From: Candidatus Zixiibacteriota bacterium | GTDB lineage: Bacteria > Zixibacteria > MSB-5A5 > UBA10806 > 4484-95 | Length of the DNA stretch: 47,829 nt | Direction of reading: 5' to 3' | NCBI GenBank assembly: GCA_029932605.1 | Contig: JAOZPT010000014.1 | Coordinates: 1-47,829, forward strand | Part shown: in pieces, positions 34,704 through 43,640 of the stretch | Layout of the letters: every line of letters begins with the position of its first letter | Position numbering within the stretch: position 1 is the first letter of the stretch | Notes under the pieces: model-generated | What the model saw: only the letters and a program-made list of their open reading frames with translations | What the model was told of the DNA's origin: nothing | The model's database searches: none | Translations under genes and position numbers: made by a program

Positions 34704-36005
34704 ATGAATCCGGTTGAAATAATCACTGCCAAGCGCAATGGCGAAGAACTGTCTCCGGATGAGATAAGATATTTTATCGATGAATTTACCGCTGGAGATA
34801 TAACTGATTATCAGATGGCCGCTTTTTTAATGGCGGTTTATTTCAAATCGATGACAACAGATGAAACCGTAGCCCTGACAGTAGCAATGCTGGAATCAGG
34901 TGAGAAAATCGTATTTGACCCTGAGAGTAAACTCTATGTGGATAAACACTCATCAGGTGGTTTAGGAGATAAGGTTTCTATTATCCTGGCGCCGCTTATG
35001 GCAGCCTGCGGTCTTAAGGTGCCTATGCTTTCCGGTAGGGGGTTAGGTCATACCGGTGGAACTTTAGACAAACTCGAGTCGATCCCTGGTTTCAGGACTG
35101 ATTTGTCGATAGAAGAATTCAAGGCTGGTGTGGAATCTATCGGTTGTATCATTTCCGGTCAGACACCGGATATCGCCCCTGCTGACAGGAGAATGTATGC
35201 TTTGCGTGATGTTACCGGCACCGTTGAATCAGTGCCGTTGATTTGCAGCTCGATACTTTCAAAAAAATTTGCCAGCGGTACTAATTCAATCGTTTTTGAT
35301 ATTAAATGTGGTAATGGCGCTTTCATGAAGGATCAAAAACAGGCTGAACATCTTGGCAAAAGTCTAATTAATATCTGCAAGGCCATGGGCAAGGGTTCAT
35401 CATTCCTTGTGACCGATATGAACCAGCCTTTAGGCCAAGCTGTAGGTAACGCTTTAGAGATCGATGAAGCTATTGCCGTTTTACAGGGAAATGCCCCTGC
35501 TGACCTTATAAAGGTGGTTTTAAGTCTCGGGGAATGTATGCTTACCATGGGTCAAGTAGCCTCTGGTGAACATGCGCTTGAACTGCAAAAGAGTAAAATC
35601 GATGATGGTTCAGCCTTCGAGAAATTCCTTGAGATGGTCGCCTTTCAGGGAGGGGATACAAAAAGTTTAACTAAAAAAAGTCCTCTTATTCCCGCAAAGA
35701 AAGTCTTTTTAGTCAAATCAGAAGAGGCGGGTTTTATAAAGGCGGTCGATACATTCAGGCTGGGAAGATTGATTATAGAAATGGGTGGTGGCAGGACCAA
35801 GCTTGGCCAGAAGATAGACCATAGCGTCGGTTTTATTATACACAAAAAAATTGGTGACGAGGTGGCGCCTGGAGACATTATTATGGAAGTGCACTCTTCG
35901 GGGAAACCGCCTGATGATTATCTTGTGCGTGCTTTTGCTGGTTGCATAAAGCCTGGAAAGGAAAAGATTAAAGAGCCAAAACTTATAAAGCAACAGTTTA
36001 AGTAA
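34704..36005 (+). CDS. pdp: Pyrimidine-nucleoside / thymidine phosphorylase
   Basis: DKHSSGGLGDK, SGRGLGHTGGTLDKLESIPG, YALRDVTGTV, SILSKK. Confidence 0.94.
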   Translation: MNPVEIITAKRNGEELSPDEIRYFIDEFTAGDITDYQMAAFLMAVYFKSMTTDETVALTVAMLESGEKIVFDPESKLYVDKHSSGGLGDKVSIILAPLMAACGLKVPMLSGRGLGHTGGTLDKLESIPGFRTDLSIEEFKAGVESIGCIISGQTPDIAPADRRMYALRDVTGTVESVPLICSSILSKKFASGTNSIVFDIKCGNGAFMKDQKQAEHLGKSLINICKAMGKGSSFLVTDMNQPLGQAVGNALEIDEAIAVLQGNAPADLIKVVLSLGECMLTMGQVASGEHALELQKSKIDDGSAFEKFLEMVAFQGGDTKSLTKKSPLIPAKKVFLVKSEEAGFIKAVDTFRLGRLIIEMGGGRTKLGQKIDHSVGFIIHKKIGDEVAPGDIIMEVHSSGKPPDDYLVRAFAGCIKPGKEKIKEPKLIKQQFK

Positions 36006-36059
36006 CCATTGTTATTTCTTATATATCAATGTATTATATAAATTAATATGCAGTGTAGT

Positions 36060-38207
36060 TTAAAATCTTTTTCTCTTCTTTCTCTCCTCGACTTTAAATC
36101 TTGCTTCTTTTTCACGTTTTGAGCCATCGGCTAAATGTTTCAAATTACAGTGGCTTCGAGGAAGAGTGGCTTCGGTGAAGATGTCTGTTACGACCCGACT
36201 GCATCTATCGGTTGCCAGTTTACCTGAATCAAGGCATATGGTTGCTGTATATATTCCAACTGGCACCGGGAATTCTTTCGGGGGAAGGTTTGCGCAGGCG
36301 GCTTTCATAAACTCGGTCCAGATAGGTAATGCCGTTGTGGCACCGACCTCACCACGCTCAGTGCCGATTGTGGTTTTATCGTCATAGCCAACCCATACTG
36401 TTGTTGTTAATTGCGGTGTAAAGCCGATAAACCAGTTATCGGTAAAGCCGTTGGTGGTGCCGGTCTTACCGGCAGCAGGCCTTTTAAATCCCATTCGTCT
36501 TGCTCCGAAACCTGTACCGGCATTTATAACTGTTTCGAGCATGTTGGTCATTATGTATGCTGTCTGCGGTGATAAAACCTCCTCCTGGTCGGCTTTTTCT
36601 TGATGTTCTAATATGTTGCCATAACGATCTAAAATTTTGGTGATATAGAAGGGTTCTTTTCTGATACCGCCATTGGGAAAAACAGAAAAGGCGGTGGCCA
36701 TCTCCCAAAGAGTAACCTCGGAAGAACCGATTGCCAGCGACGGAACAGGATTTAATTCCGAGGTGATTCCCATCCTTCGGGCATATGAGACCACCTGTTG
36801 GGGAGTGACCAAGGGGTTCATCATAAGTTTGATGGCGATTAAGTTTCTTGACACCCTTAAGCCATCGCGAAGTGTCATCTCCCCACGAAATGAATTATCG
36901 AAATTTGAGGGGCGCCACTCTTCGCCACCAGAGGTTAAAACGATAGGCGAATCGATGAACAGGTCTGTAGGTTTAAAACCGTTATCTATAGCGGTTGTAT
37001 AGACTATAGGTTTAAATGAACTACCAGGTTGACGATAGGCTTGGGTAACACGATTAAACTTGCTCTGTGAAAAATCCTTTCCGCCGACTAAAGCCAGCAC
37101 GCCTCCGGTGGTATTGTCGATACACATTAAAGCCCCTTGAATCTGTTTATAAAGCCGTATGGTGGTGTCGGAGTTGGCTGTATCCGGAACCTCGATAGTG
37201 TATTGTTCATATCGCTCATCATCAGGCAAGATCGCCTGCTCCATCTGTGACTGGATCTGGGTGAGTTTGGTTTCTATTGCCGTTTCCGCATAATGTTGGA
37301 GGTCTAAATCAAGGGTCGTGTAGATCGTTAGCCCGGAGTTATAAAGAGCGGTTTCCCCGTACTTTTTGCTTATGTATTGGCGGACCATTTCAGTGAAGTA
37401 GGGAGACTCACCAACCTGTTCCTTAAGAGGGTTTATCACAAGCGGTAGTTGTTTCAGGCTGTCAGCCATTGTCTGGTCCAGCTTGCCGAAGTCAACCAGG
37501 CTGTTATAGACGATGTTCCGGCGTCTTAAGGCTTTGGTGGGATGATTTATTGGGTTGTAGGGAGTTGGTGATTTTAAAAGGCCGATGAGAATGGCGCTTT
37601 CGGGAAGAGTAAGGTCCTCGGCGTTTTTTGAAAAGTAGATCTGAGCAGCCGCTTGGATTCCGTAAGCTCCTTTACCAAAATAATGCTGGTTGAGATACAT
37701 CTGCAATATCTGGTTTTTTGAGTATGTTCGTTCTATCTTGATGGCGGTAAGCATCTCTTTTATCTTGCGTGAGAAAAGTTTTTCAGGAGTTAAGAAAAGT
37801 GTTCGGGCAAGTTGCTGGGTTAATGTCGAGGCGCCTTGTGCAGTGAGATTAAAGCTAATGATGTTATGAAAAAGAGCGCCAAGTATCCGTCTTGAATCAA
37901 TACCCCAATGGTCATAGAATTTTCTATCCTCAACTGCCAGAAGGCAATCAATAAGGTAGGGCGGGATTTTATTGTATGGCACAAGGGTTCGGCGCTGGTT
38001 GTAATATTCTTTTAATAAGATACCGTTTTTATCATAAACGCGGGTGATAAGACTGGGTTCTATATTATGAAGCTGTGCTAATGATGGTAAGTCCTTTTGA
38101 TAGATGGAATATAAAATCAAGCCGAGGACAAGACACAGTATTAAAAGCCCCAGGCCAATTAAGACATATAGTTTCCTGCTTTTTTTTGTTCTGTAAACCA
38201 GCGCCAT
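36060..38207 (-). CDS. Class A penicillin-binding protein (PBP1A family)
   Basis: N-terminal TM; transglycosylase motifs EDRKFYDH, GASTLTQQL, RKIKE; transpeptidase motifs SSFK, SRN, KTGT. Confidence 0.95.
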   Translation of the reverse strand: MALVYRTKKSRKLYVLIGLGLLILCLVLGLILYSIYQKDLPSLAQLHNIEPSLITRVYDKNGILLKEYYNQRRTLVPYNKIPPYLIDCLLAVEDRKFYDHWGIDSRRILGALFHNIISFNLTAQGASTLTQQLARTLFLTPEKLFSRKIKEMLTAIKIERTYSKNQILQMYLNQHYFGKGAYGIQAAAQIYFSKNAEDLTLPESAILIGLLKSPTPYNPINHPTKALRRRNIVYNSLVDFGKLDQTMADSLKQLPLVINPLKEQVGESPYFTEMVRQYISKKYGETALYNSGLTIYTTLDLDLQHYAETAIETKLTQIQSQMEQAILPDDERYEQYTIEVPDTANSDTTIRLYKQIQGALMCIDNTTGGVLALVGGKDFSQSKFNRVTQAYRQPGSSFKPIVYTTAIDNGFKPTDLFIDSPIVLTSGGEEWRPSNFDNSFRGEMTLRDGLRVSRNLIAIKLMMNPLVTPQQVVSYARRMGITSELNPVPSLAIGSSEVTLWEMATAFSVFPNGGIRKEPFYITKILDRYGNILEHQEKADQEEVLSPQTAYIMTNMLETVINAGTGFGARRMGFKRPAAGKTGTTNGFTDNWFIGFTPQLTTTVWVGYDDKTTIGTERGEVGATTALPIWTEFMKAACANLPPKEFPVPVGIYTATICLDSGKLATDRCSRVVTDIFTEATLPRSHCNLKHLADGSKREKEARFKVEERKKRKRF

Positions 38208-38263
38208 ATTTGCTTATTAACATCCTTTGTCGATAATAGTCAAGGGGAAATAATACTTGACCC

Positions 38264-38292
38264 TTGATTGTATTTTCCAATTATATTACTAT
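38264..38292 (+). promoter_or_regulatory. Putative sigma70 promoter of tyrS-prfB
   Basis: TTGATT, 17 nt, TACTAT in the divergent intergenic region. Confidence 0.45.
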
Positions 38293-38320
38293 TACAAATT
38301 GATATGAAAAAGGTTCCGAA

Positions 38321-39541
38321 ATGAAAAATGATGTTGAAGAACAATATTCTCGGATTATTCGAGGTGTTAAAGAGTTAATCCAGCCTGATGAGCTAAGAAA
38401 TCGGCTTGAGTGGTCTGTTGCCAATAACAAACCACTGGTAGTTAAAGAAGGTTTTGACCCTACTGCACCTGATATCCATATCGGTAATATGGTCTCAATC
38501 CGAAAGCTTCGTACATTTCAGGAACTCGGGCATAGAGTTGTTTTTCTTATAGGAGACTATACCGGTTTGGTAGGGGACCCATCCGGACAGGACAGCGCTC
38601 GCAAGCAAATGACAAAAGAGGAGGTTTTAGCAAACGCTGAGACATACAAACAACAAATATTCAAAGTACTGGACCCTGAAAAAACCGAGATTAGATTCAA
38701 TTCTGAGTGGTTTGAAGGTATGAGTTTTTCCCAGGTTTTGGAATTAACCTCGCGTTATACTGTAGCCCGTATTTTAGAACGTGACGATTTTGAAAAACGC
38801 TATAAAGCTGGCAATCCAATCTCAGTGATGGAATTTTTATACCCATTGATGCAGGGATACGATTCGGTCGCTCTTCAATCCGATATCGAGATTGGCGGAA
38901 CAGACCAGAAATTCAACCTTCTGGTGGGAAGAGCTCTTCAGGAACGTTATGGCCAGAAACCACAGGTGGTTATGACATTGCCTCTTCTTGTAGGCACAGA
39001 TGGTGTGGAGAAGATGTCAAAATCGCTTGGTAACTACATTGGCATAAACGAATCTCCTCAGGAAATTTATGGCAAGACGATGTCTATACCTGATAACCTG
39101 ATATATGATTATTTTGTTTTGACAACCGAGGTCAGCGATAAAAAGTTAAAAGAGGTGAAAGCTCAGCTTGATTCGGGCTCGGTCAACCCGATGGAGTTAA
39201 AAAAGCAACTGGCATTCGAGCTGGTTGCGATTTATCATAACAAATCAGAAGCCGAGAAAGCTCAGGAAGATTTCAGGTTGAAGTTTTCAAAAAAAGAGAT
39301 ACCGGAGGATATACCTGAGCTTCTTATATCCAGCGATGAACCCCTAATATGGATCGTTAAGGTTATTGTAGCCTCAAATGTCGTCTCATCGAATAGCGCC
39401 GCCATGAGGTTAATCAAAGGAGGAGGTGTCCAGCTCAACGGGGTTAGAATCATTGATAAGGATTACAAAGTGAACCTTGCCCAGGATAATGTCATAAAAA
39501 TAGGCAAAAAAAACTTTTTGAAGATAAAGTGGAATAAATAA
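38321..39541 (+). CDS. tyrS: Tyrosine--tRNA ligase
   Basis: GFDPTAPDIHIGN (HIGH), YPLMQGYD, GGTDQKFN, KMSKS, C-terminal S4-like domain. Confidence 0.98.
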   Translation: MKNDVEEQYSRIIRGVKELIQPDELRNRLEWSVANNKPLVVKEGFDPTAPDIHIGNMVSIRKLRTFQELGHRVVFLIGDYTGLVGDPSGQDSARKQMTKEEVLANAETYKQQIFKVLDPEKTEIRFNSEWFEGMSFSQVLELTSRYTVARILERDDFEKRYKAGNPISVMEFLYPLMQGYDSVALQSDIEIGGTDQKFNLLVGRALQERYGQKPQVVMTLPLLVGTDGVEKMSKSLGNYIGINESPQEIYGKTMSIPDNLIYDYFVLTTEVSDKKLKEVKAQLDSGSVNPMELKKQLAFELVAIYHNKSEAEKAQEDFRLKFSKKEIPEDIPELLISSDEPLIWIVKVIVASNVVSSNSAAMRLIKGGGVQLNGVRIIDKDYKVNLAQDNVIKIGKKNFLKIKWNK

Positions 39542-40661
39542 ATGTTCAATCCTCCTGATATAGATATTTCTAAACTAAAAGAACGCCTTCAGAAGTTACG
39601 GAGGTATCTTTGACATTGACTCTTTAAGAGTTGATGTTGCAGAACTGGAGAAAAGATCGCAGGCCGAGGACTTCTGGAACGATAATTTAAAAGCCCAGGC
39701 TGTTCTCAAAGAGCTAAACCGAAAAAAAGGCACAATCGATCATTGGACAAAACTATATAATGAAATCGTTGACCTTGAGGAACTGGCAGAGTTGGCAAAT
39801 CAGGAAAACGATAGCAACACTCTTAAAGATGTTTACGATCAACTAACTAAGATTGTGAAGCAGATAGAGGATTTTGAGTTTAAGTCGATTCTCTCCGGTG
39901 AGGATGACAGCAAAAATACCATAATAACTATTCATTCCGGTGCTGGAGGCACAGAGTCGCAGGATTGGGCGCAGATGCTTCTAAGGATGTATCTTCGCTA
40001 TAGTGAAAACAAGGGATTCCAGACAGAAATACTTGATTATATTGCCGGAGAGGAGGCTGGTATAAAATCAACGACGTTTGAGGTGAGAGGTGATTATGCC
40101 TACGGTTACCTTAAGGGTGAATCAGGAGTGCACAGATTGGTGAGGATTTCGCCTTTTGATTTCAACAAACGCCGTCACACTTCATTTGCCTCTGTGTTTG
40201 TTATCCCCGAAGTGGAGGATAACCTTACGGTGGATATCAAAGACGATGATTTGCGTATCGACACTTTCAGGGCATCGGGAGCCGGTGGTCAGCATGTCAA
40301 CAAGACCTCATCGGCGGTGAGGATAACCCATTTTCCTACAGGTATCGTGGTGCAGTGCCAAACCGAACGTTCCCAGCATAAGAACAAAGAATCAGCCATG
40401 AAGATTTTGCGCTCAAGAATTTACCAGCATTACCTTCAGATAGAGAAAGAGAAACAGGCCCAGAAGGAACCGGATAAAAAGAAGATCGAATGGGGTTCGC
40501 AAATCCGCTCTTATGTTTTCCATCCCTATAATATGGTCAAAGACCACCGCTTTGATATAGAGACCTCCAACATACAAGCAGTAATGGATGGCGATATAGA
40601 TATGTTTATTTATGGTTTTCTGTCGCACAAGGGAAGTAGACAGAAATTCAGGGGAACTTGA
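39542..40661 (+). CDS. prfB: Peptide chain release factor 2, about 372 aa via programmed +1 frameshift
   Basis: 23-codon ORF from ATG 39542 ends GGAGG-TAT-CTT-TGA-C; the +1 frame from 39612 is open into the ORF with SPF and GGQ motifs. Confidence 0.96.
39600..39614 (+). promoter_or_regulatory. prfB +1 frameshift cassette
   Basis: Internal SD GGAGG 3 nt upstream of CTT TGA C. Confidence 0.95.
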
Positions 40662-40793
40662 AATAGAGTTTTTGTTATCAGCAGGATTAAGTAATAATCT
40701 ATTAAGTTAAAATTAAAACACATATATTGTTTTTATCGTTTGATATAACTTTGAATTTTTTCGTTTTTCTTACTTTTATAATTCGCTGTTGTC

Positions 40794-40802
40794 TGCTATA
40801 AT
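40794..40802 (+). promoter_or_regulatory. Extended -10 element for the 40842-42778 operon
   Basis: TGCTATAAT about 40 nt upstream of an ATG with GGAGG SD. Confidence 0.55.
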
Positions 40803-40841
40803 AGTGCAAACTGAAAAACGTTCTTTCAGGGAGGTGGAGTT

Positions 40842-41663
40842 ATGATGAAACATTGTCGCCGTTGCGGGAAGACAACCGAGATTGAAGCGGGTATGAAATT
40901 CTGTCCCAATTGTGGTGCACCTTACGAGGATACCCAATCACATCCTGATGACAAAGGTGAAACCCCGGGAATGGCAGGTCTGCCGCAAGGTAAAACTGCG
41001 GAGTCCGAACAACAGAGATATACTCCCTGGGAGGATAAGGGCAAACTCGGTTTTTTAGGTTCCCTTTTTGAAACCTGGAAGAAGAGTGTTTTTGAACCTA
41101 CCGATTTTTATCGCAAAATGCCCGTAAAAGGCGGTATCGGTAACCCGCTTTTATATGGTTTAATTCTTGCTTTTATAGGTTTTGTATTCCAGATGGTTTA
41201 TAGACAGCTTTTCACGCAACTTTTTGATCCCTCGCATTGGTACCCTTATTTTAATGACATGTTTGATCGCGATTTTAATGCTTTTGAGTACCAGCTTAAA
41301 TCGATTTCAATGTTGGCAGGAATCATGATATTTCCCTTTATGGCGGCAGCATGGTTTTTTATCTGGTCGGGAATTACTCATCTGATTCTGACTATATTCG
41401 GCTGGAAAAAGGAAGAATACGAGGCTTCTTTCAGGTTGATAGCTTATTCCGAGGGCCCCTCATTTTTCCTGATTGTGCCATTGATAGGCGGTTTGATATC
41501 CATTGTTTGGCAATTGGTGCTGGTTGTTATTGGTATCAAAGAGGTTCATCGAGTATCTGCAGGCCAGGCGTTATTAGTTGTGTTTTTGCCCACTATATTA
41601 TGTTGTTTATGTTGTTGCAGTTTCGTATGGTGGATAATAGGTCTTGCCGGTATTTCAAATTGA
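40842..41663 (+). CDS. YIP1-like membrane protein with N-terminal zinc ribbon
   Basis: CRRC...CPNC, PWE...G...F.TWK..F.P..FYR pattern, about 5 TM helices, Cys-rich last helix. Confidence 0.7.
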   Translation: MMKHCRRCGKTTEIEAGMKFCPNCGAPYEDTQSHPDDKGETPGMAGLPQGKTAESEQQRYTPWEDKGKLGFLGSLFETWKKSVFEPTDFYRKMPVKGGIGNPLLYGLILAFIGFVFQMVYRQLFTQLFDPSHWYPYFNDMFDRDFNAFEYQLKSISMLAGIMIFPFMAAAWFFIWSGITHLILTIFGWKKEEYEASFRLIAYSEGPSFFLIVPLIGGLISIVWQLVLVVIGIKEVHRVSAGQALLVVFLPTILCCLCCCSFVWWIIGLAGISN

Positions 41664-41664
41664 T

Positions 41665-42057
41665 ATGAAACTTAAGATAATCAAAGGCAAGCATCCTTTA
41701 TCGATTCACATAGTATGGCTTGTGATCCTTTTATCGATTCTTGGGATTTATCGATATCTTCCACCTTCAACTTGCATTTTCCATAGAGTTACCGGCTATC
41801 CCTGTTTAAGTTGCGGTATATCAAGGGCGGTTGAGGCTTTGTTTGCCAGGGATTTTATCGGTATGCTTTATTACAATCCTTTAGCTGTGCTTTTTTGCGC
41901 TGGTTTGTTTTTTTTCTCGCTTTTAAAACTTATAGAGTTTATATTTGGATTTACATTAAAGTTGAGCGCGGGTAAGAAAGTTTTGTTTTTTGTAAGGATG
42001 AGTTTACTGATTTCGGTAGTAGCAAACTGGCTATTTTTGGTGGTTACCAAAAGATGA
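41665..42057 (+). CDS. DUF2752-like membrane protein
   Basis: CIFHRVTGYPCLSCGISRA and YNP motifs, about 3 TM helices; ATG 41665 follows the upstream TGA. Confidence 0.72.
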   Translation: MKLKIIKGKHPLSIHIVWLVILLSILGIYRYLPPSTCIFHRVTGYPCLSCGISRAVEALFARDFIGMLYYNPLAVLFCAGLFFFSLLKLIEFIFGFTLKLSAGKKVLFFVRMSLLISVVANWLFLVVTKR

Positions 42058-42515
42058 AGATATTTCTTGGAGGGATTATTCAAGGCTCTAATGTGGGCTC
42101 AGAAATATGTAATCAGAACTACCGAGAGCAAATCAAAAACATCTTAAGAAAAAAGTATCCAGATGTAGAAATTTTTGATCCTTTTGAGGATCATAGACAC
42201 TCGGTTAATTATGATGACGCGCAGGCTCGCCGGACGTTTTCTATGCATTTAGATGAGCTTAAATCTTCTGATTTAATGATAGCTTATCTTCCTCAGGCTT
42301 CCCTTGGGACGGCGATTGAAATGTGGGAGGCATGCCGGAATGGTGTGCCCATCGTAAGCATATCTCCTTTGACAACTAACTGGATTGTCAGGTTTTTAAC
42401 GGATAAAAATTTTGAAACCATAGATAGTTTTGAGATATTTGTAATAAAGAACGACTTGCGCAAGTTGTTTAATCGAGATCAAGATCATTATCGTAAAATA
42501 GGAGAAAAGGTCTAA
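42054..42515 (+). CDS. Nucleoside 2-deoxyribosyltransferase / Rcl-like N-glycosidase
   Basis: KIFLGG start, IFDPF, SDLMIAYLPQASLGTAIEMWEA with the catalytic Glu position, GVPIV. Confidence 0.7.
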   Translation: MKIFLGGIIQGSNVGSEICNQNYREQIKNILRKKYPDVEIFDPFEDHRHSVNYDDAQARRTFSMHLDELKSSDLMIAYLPQASLGTAIEMWEACRNGVPIVSISPLTTNWIVRFLTDKNFETIDSFEIFVIKNDLRKLFNRDQDHYRKIGEKV

Positions 42516-42778
42516 TGCCAACTTACCAGTATAAATGCTGTACCTGTGGTTATGTTTTCGAGGAATTCCAAGCTATGACTGATAAACCACTTAAGAAGTG
42601 TCCTGTTTGTAGTGGTAATATCGAAAGGTTAATATCCGGAGGGTCGGGTTTTTTGTTTAAAGGTTCGGGTTTTTATATTACGGATCACAGGTCGGATGAT
42701 TATAAAATGGCTGCCAGAAAGGATAAACCTGTTGATAAACAAGAGTCGAAGACATCCGGTAAGGAGAAGGCGAAATAG
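42515..42778 (+). CDS. FmdB-family zinc-ribbon protein
   Basis: MPTYQYKCCTCG..FE...CPVC...RLIS...FKGSGFYITD. Confidence 0.88.
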   Translation: MPTYQYKCCTCGYVFEEFQAMTDKPLKKCPVCSGNIERLISGGSGFLFKGSGFYITDHRSDDYKMAARKDKPVDKQESKTSGKEKAK

Positions 42779-42935
42779 AATCGTAGCCTTCGGCAATAAT
42801 TTCATTAGCTATGATACTTTTGTAAATTAAGATTTATTGTTATTATTTATAAATTCCTGTTTTCACACAAACGACATTTTTCCGATAATTGTATATAACC
42901 TATATTTAAACAGCACTATGCTTATAAGGTTGTAT

Positions 42936-42963
42936 AAAAAAAGGCGGTTTCTCACCGCCTTTA
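42936..42963 (-). terminator. Intrinsic terminator for the - strand genes, possibly bidirectional
   Basis: AAAGGCGGT-TTCTC-ACCGCCTTT with an A-run on the left (U-tract on - strand), between convergent genes. Confidence 0.8.
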
Positions 42964-42985
42964 TAAGATAGTTTGTTTTATAGTG

Positions 42986-43621
42986 CTATTTTATTTTTAT
43001 CTCCCCCTCCTTGAAAACACAATCAAGCTCAGTTCCTAAGGGATTCCATACTGTGTAGATATAGCTGATAGTAGGGTGAGGAATCATTCCCCGTGTCAAC
43101 TTGACAGTACCTTTAGGACAGTCTTTTGGGGCAGTGAAATATATAGTAGCTACAAGGCCATCACCAGGGTATAATGGATCGACAGTGAGTTTTGGGTCTA
43201 CATTATCAATAAGGGAGAAGTAAACGACTTGTCCGTTGTGGACAAGTTTACCACCGCACTTATCGCAGATTCCAGCTTTTTTAGGAGGAGCATTAACTTT
43301 ATCGTATTCGGCTTTGCATTTTTCGCAGACCATCGGAATCTTGATATCATTAAACATGAAATATTCACATCGACTTCCGGTAAAACTAACAGAATCACAT
43401 TGCAATTTAATCTTATCCGAACGGAAAAATATGGGAACCTGCATACCGGATAATGTGTCAACATTTGCTATGTTTACCTTGACCGCAAACGATTCACCTG
43501 GTTTGGCGGTGACATTTTCAAAGTAAACAGTGTTAGTGTCAAAGGTTTTTTCCTCGTCACCTATGGCAAGCCCCATAATTAAAAGGCATGCTATAGCTGC
43601 TAGCAAAATTACTTTTTTCAC
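42986..43621 (-). CDS. Secreted cohesin-like beta-sandwich protein with inserted Adk-LID-type Zn finger
   Basis: Signal peptide MKKVILLAAIACLLIMGLAIG; cohesin-like pattern VTAKPGESFAVKVNIAN...G.Q......DSVSF...GDGLVATIYF...FKEGEIKIK; residues 99-126 match this window's Adk LID; GTG start with GGAGG. Confidence 0.65.
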   Translation of the reverse strand: MKKVILLAAIACLLIMGLAIGDEEKTFDTNTVYFENVTAKPGESFAVKVNIANVDTLSGMQVPIFFRSDKIKLQCDSVSFTGSRCEYFMFNDIKIPMVCEKCKAEYDKVNAPPKKAGICDKCGGKLVHNGQVVYFSLIDNVDPKLTVDPLYPGDGLVATIYFTAPKDCPKGTVKLTRGMIPHPTISYIYTVWNPLGTELDCVFKEGEIKIK

Positions 43622-43640
43622 CCTACCTCCTTGAAAATAA

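Noticed and set aside
38208..38320. T-box riboswitch upstream of tyrS
   Set aside because: Only 113 AT-rich nt shared with a divergent gene; no T-box consensus or terminator
39542..39791. Apparent truncation or pseudogenisation of prfB
   Set aside because: Explained by the canonical CTT-TGA-C programmed frameshift
43244..43327. CxxC pairs as heme c attachment sites
   Set aside because: Neither is CxxCH (CEKCK, CDKCG); spacing matches the Adk LID Zn site
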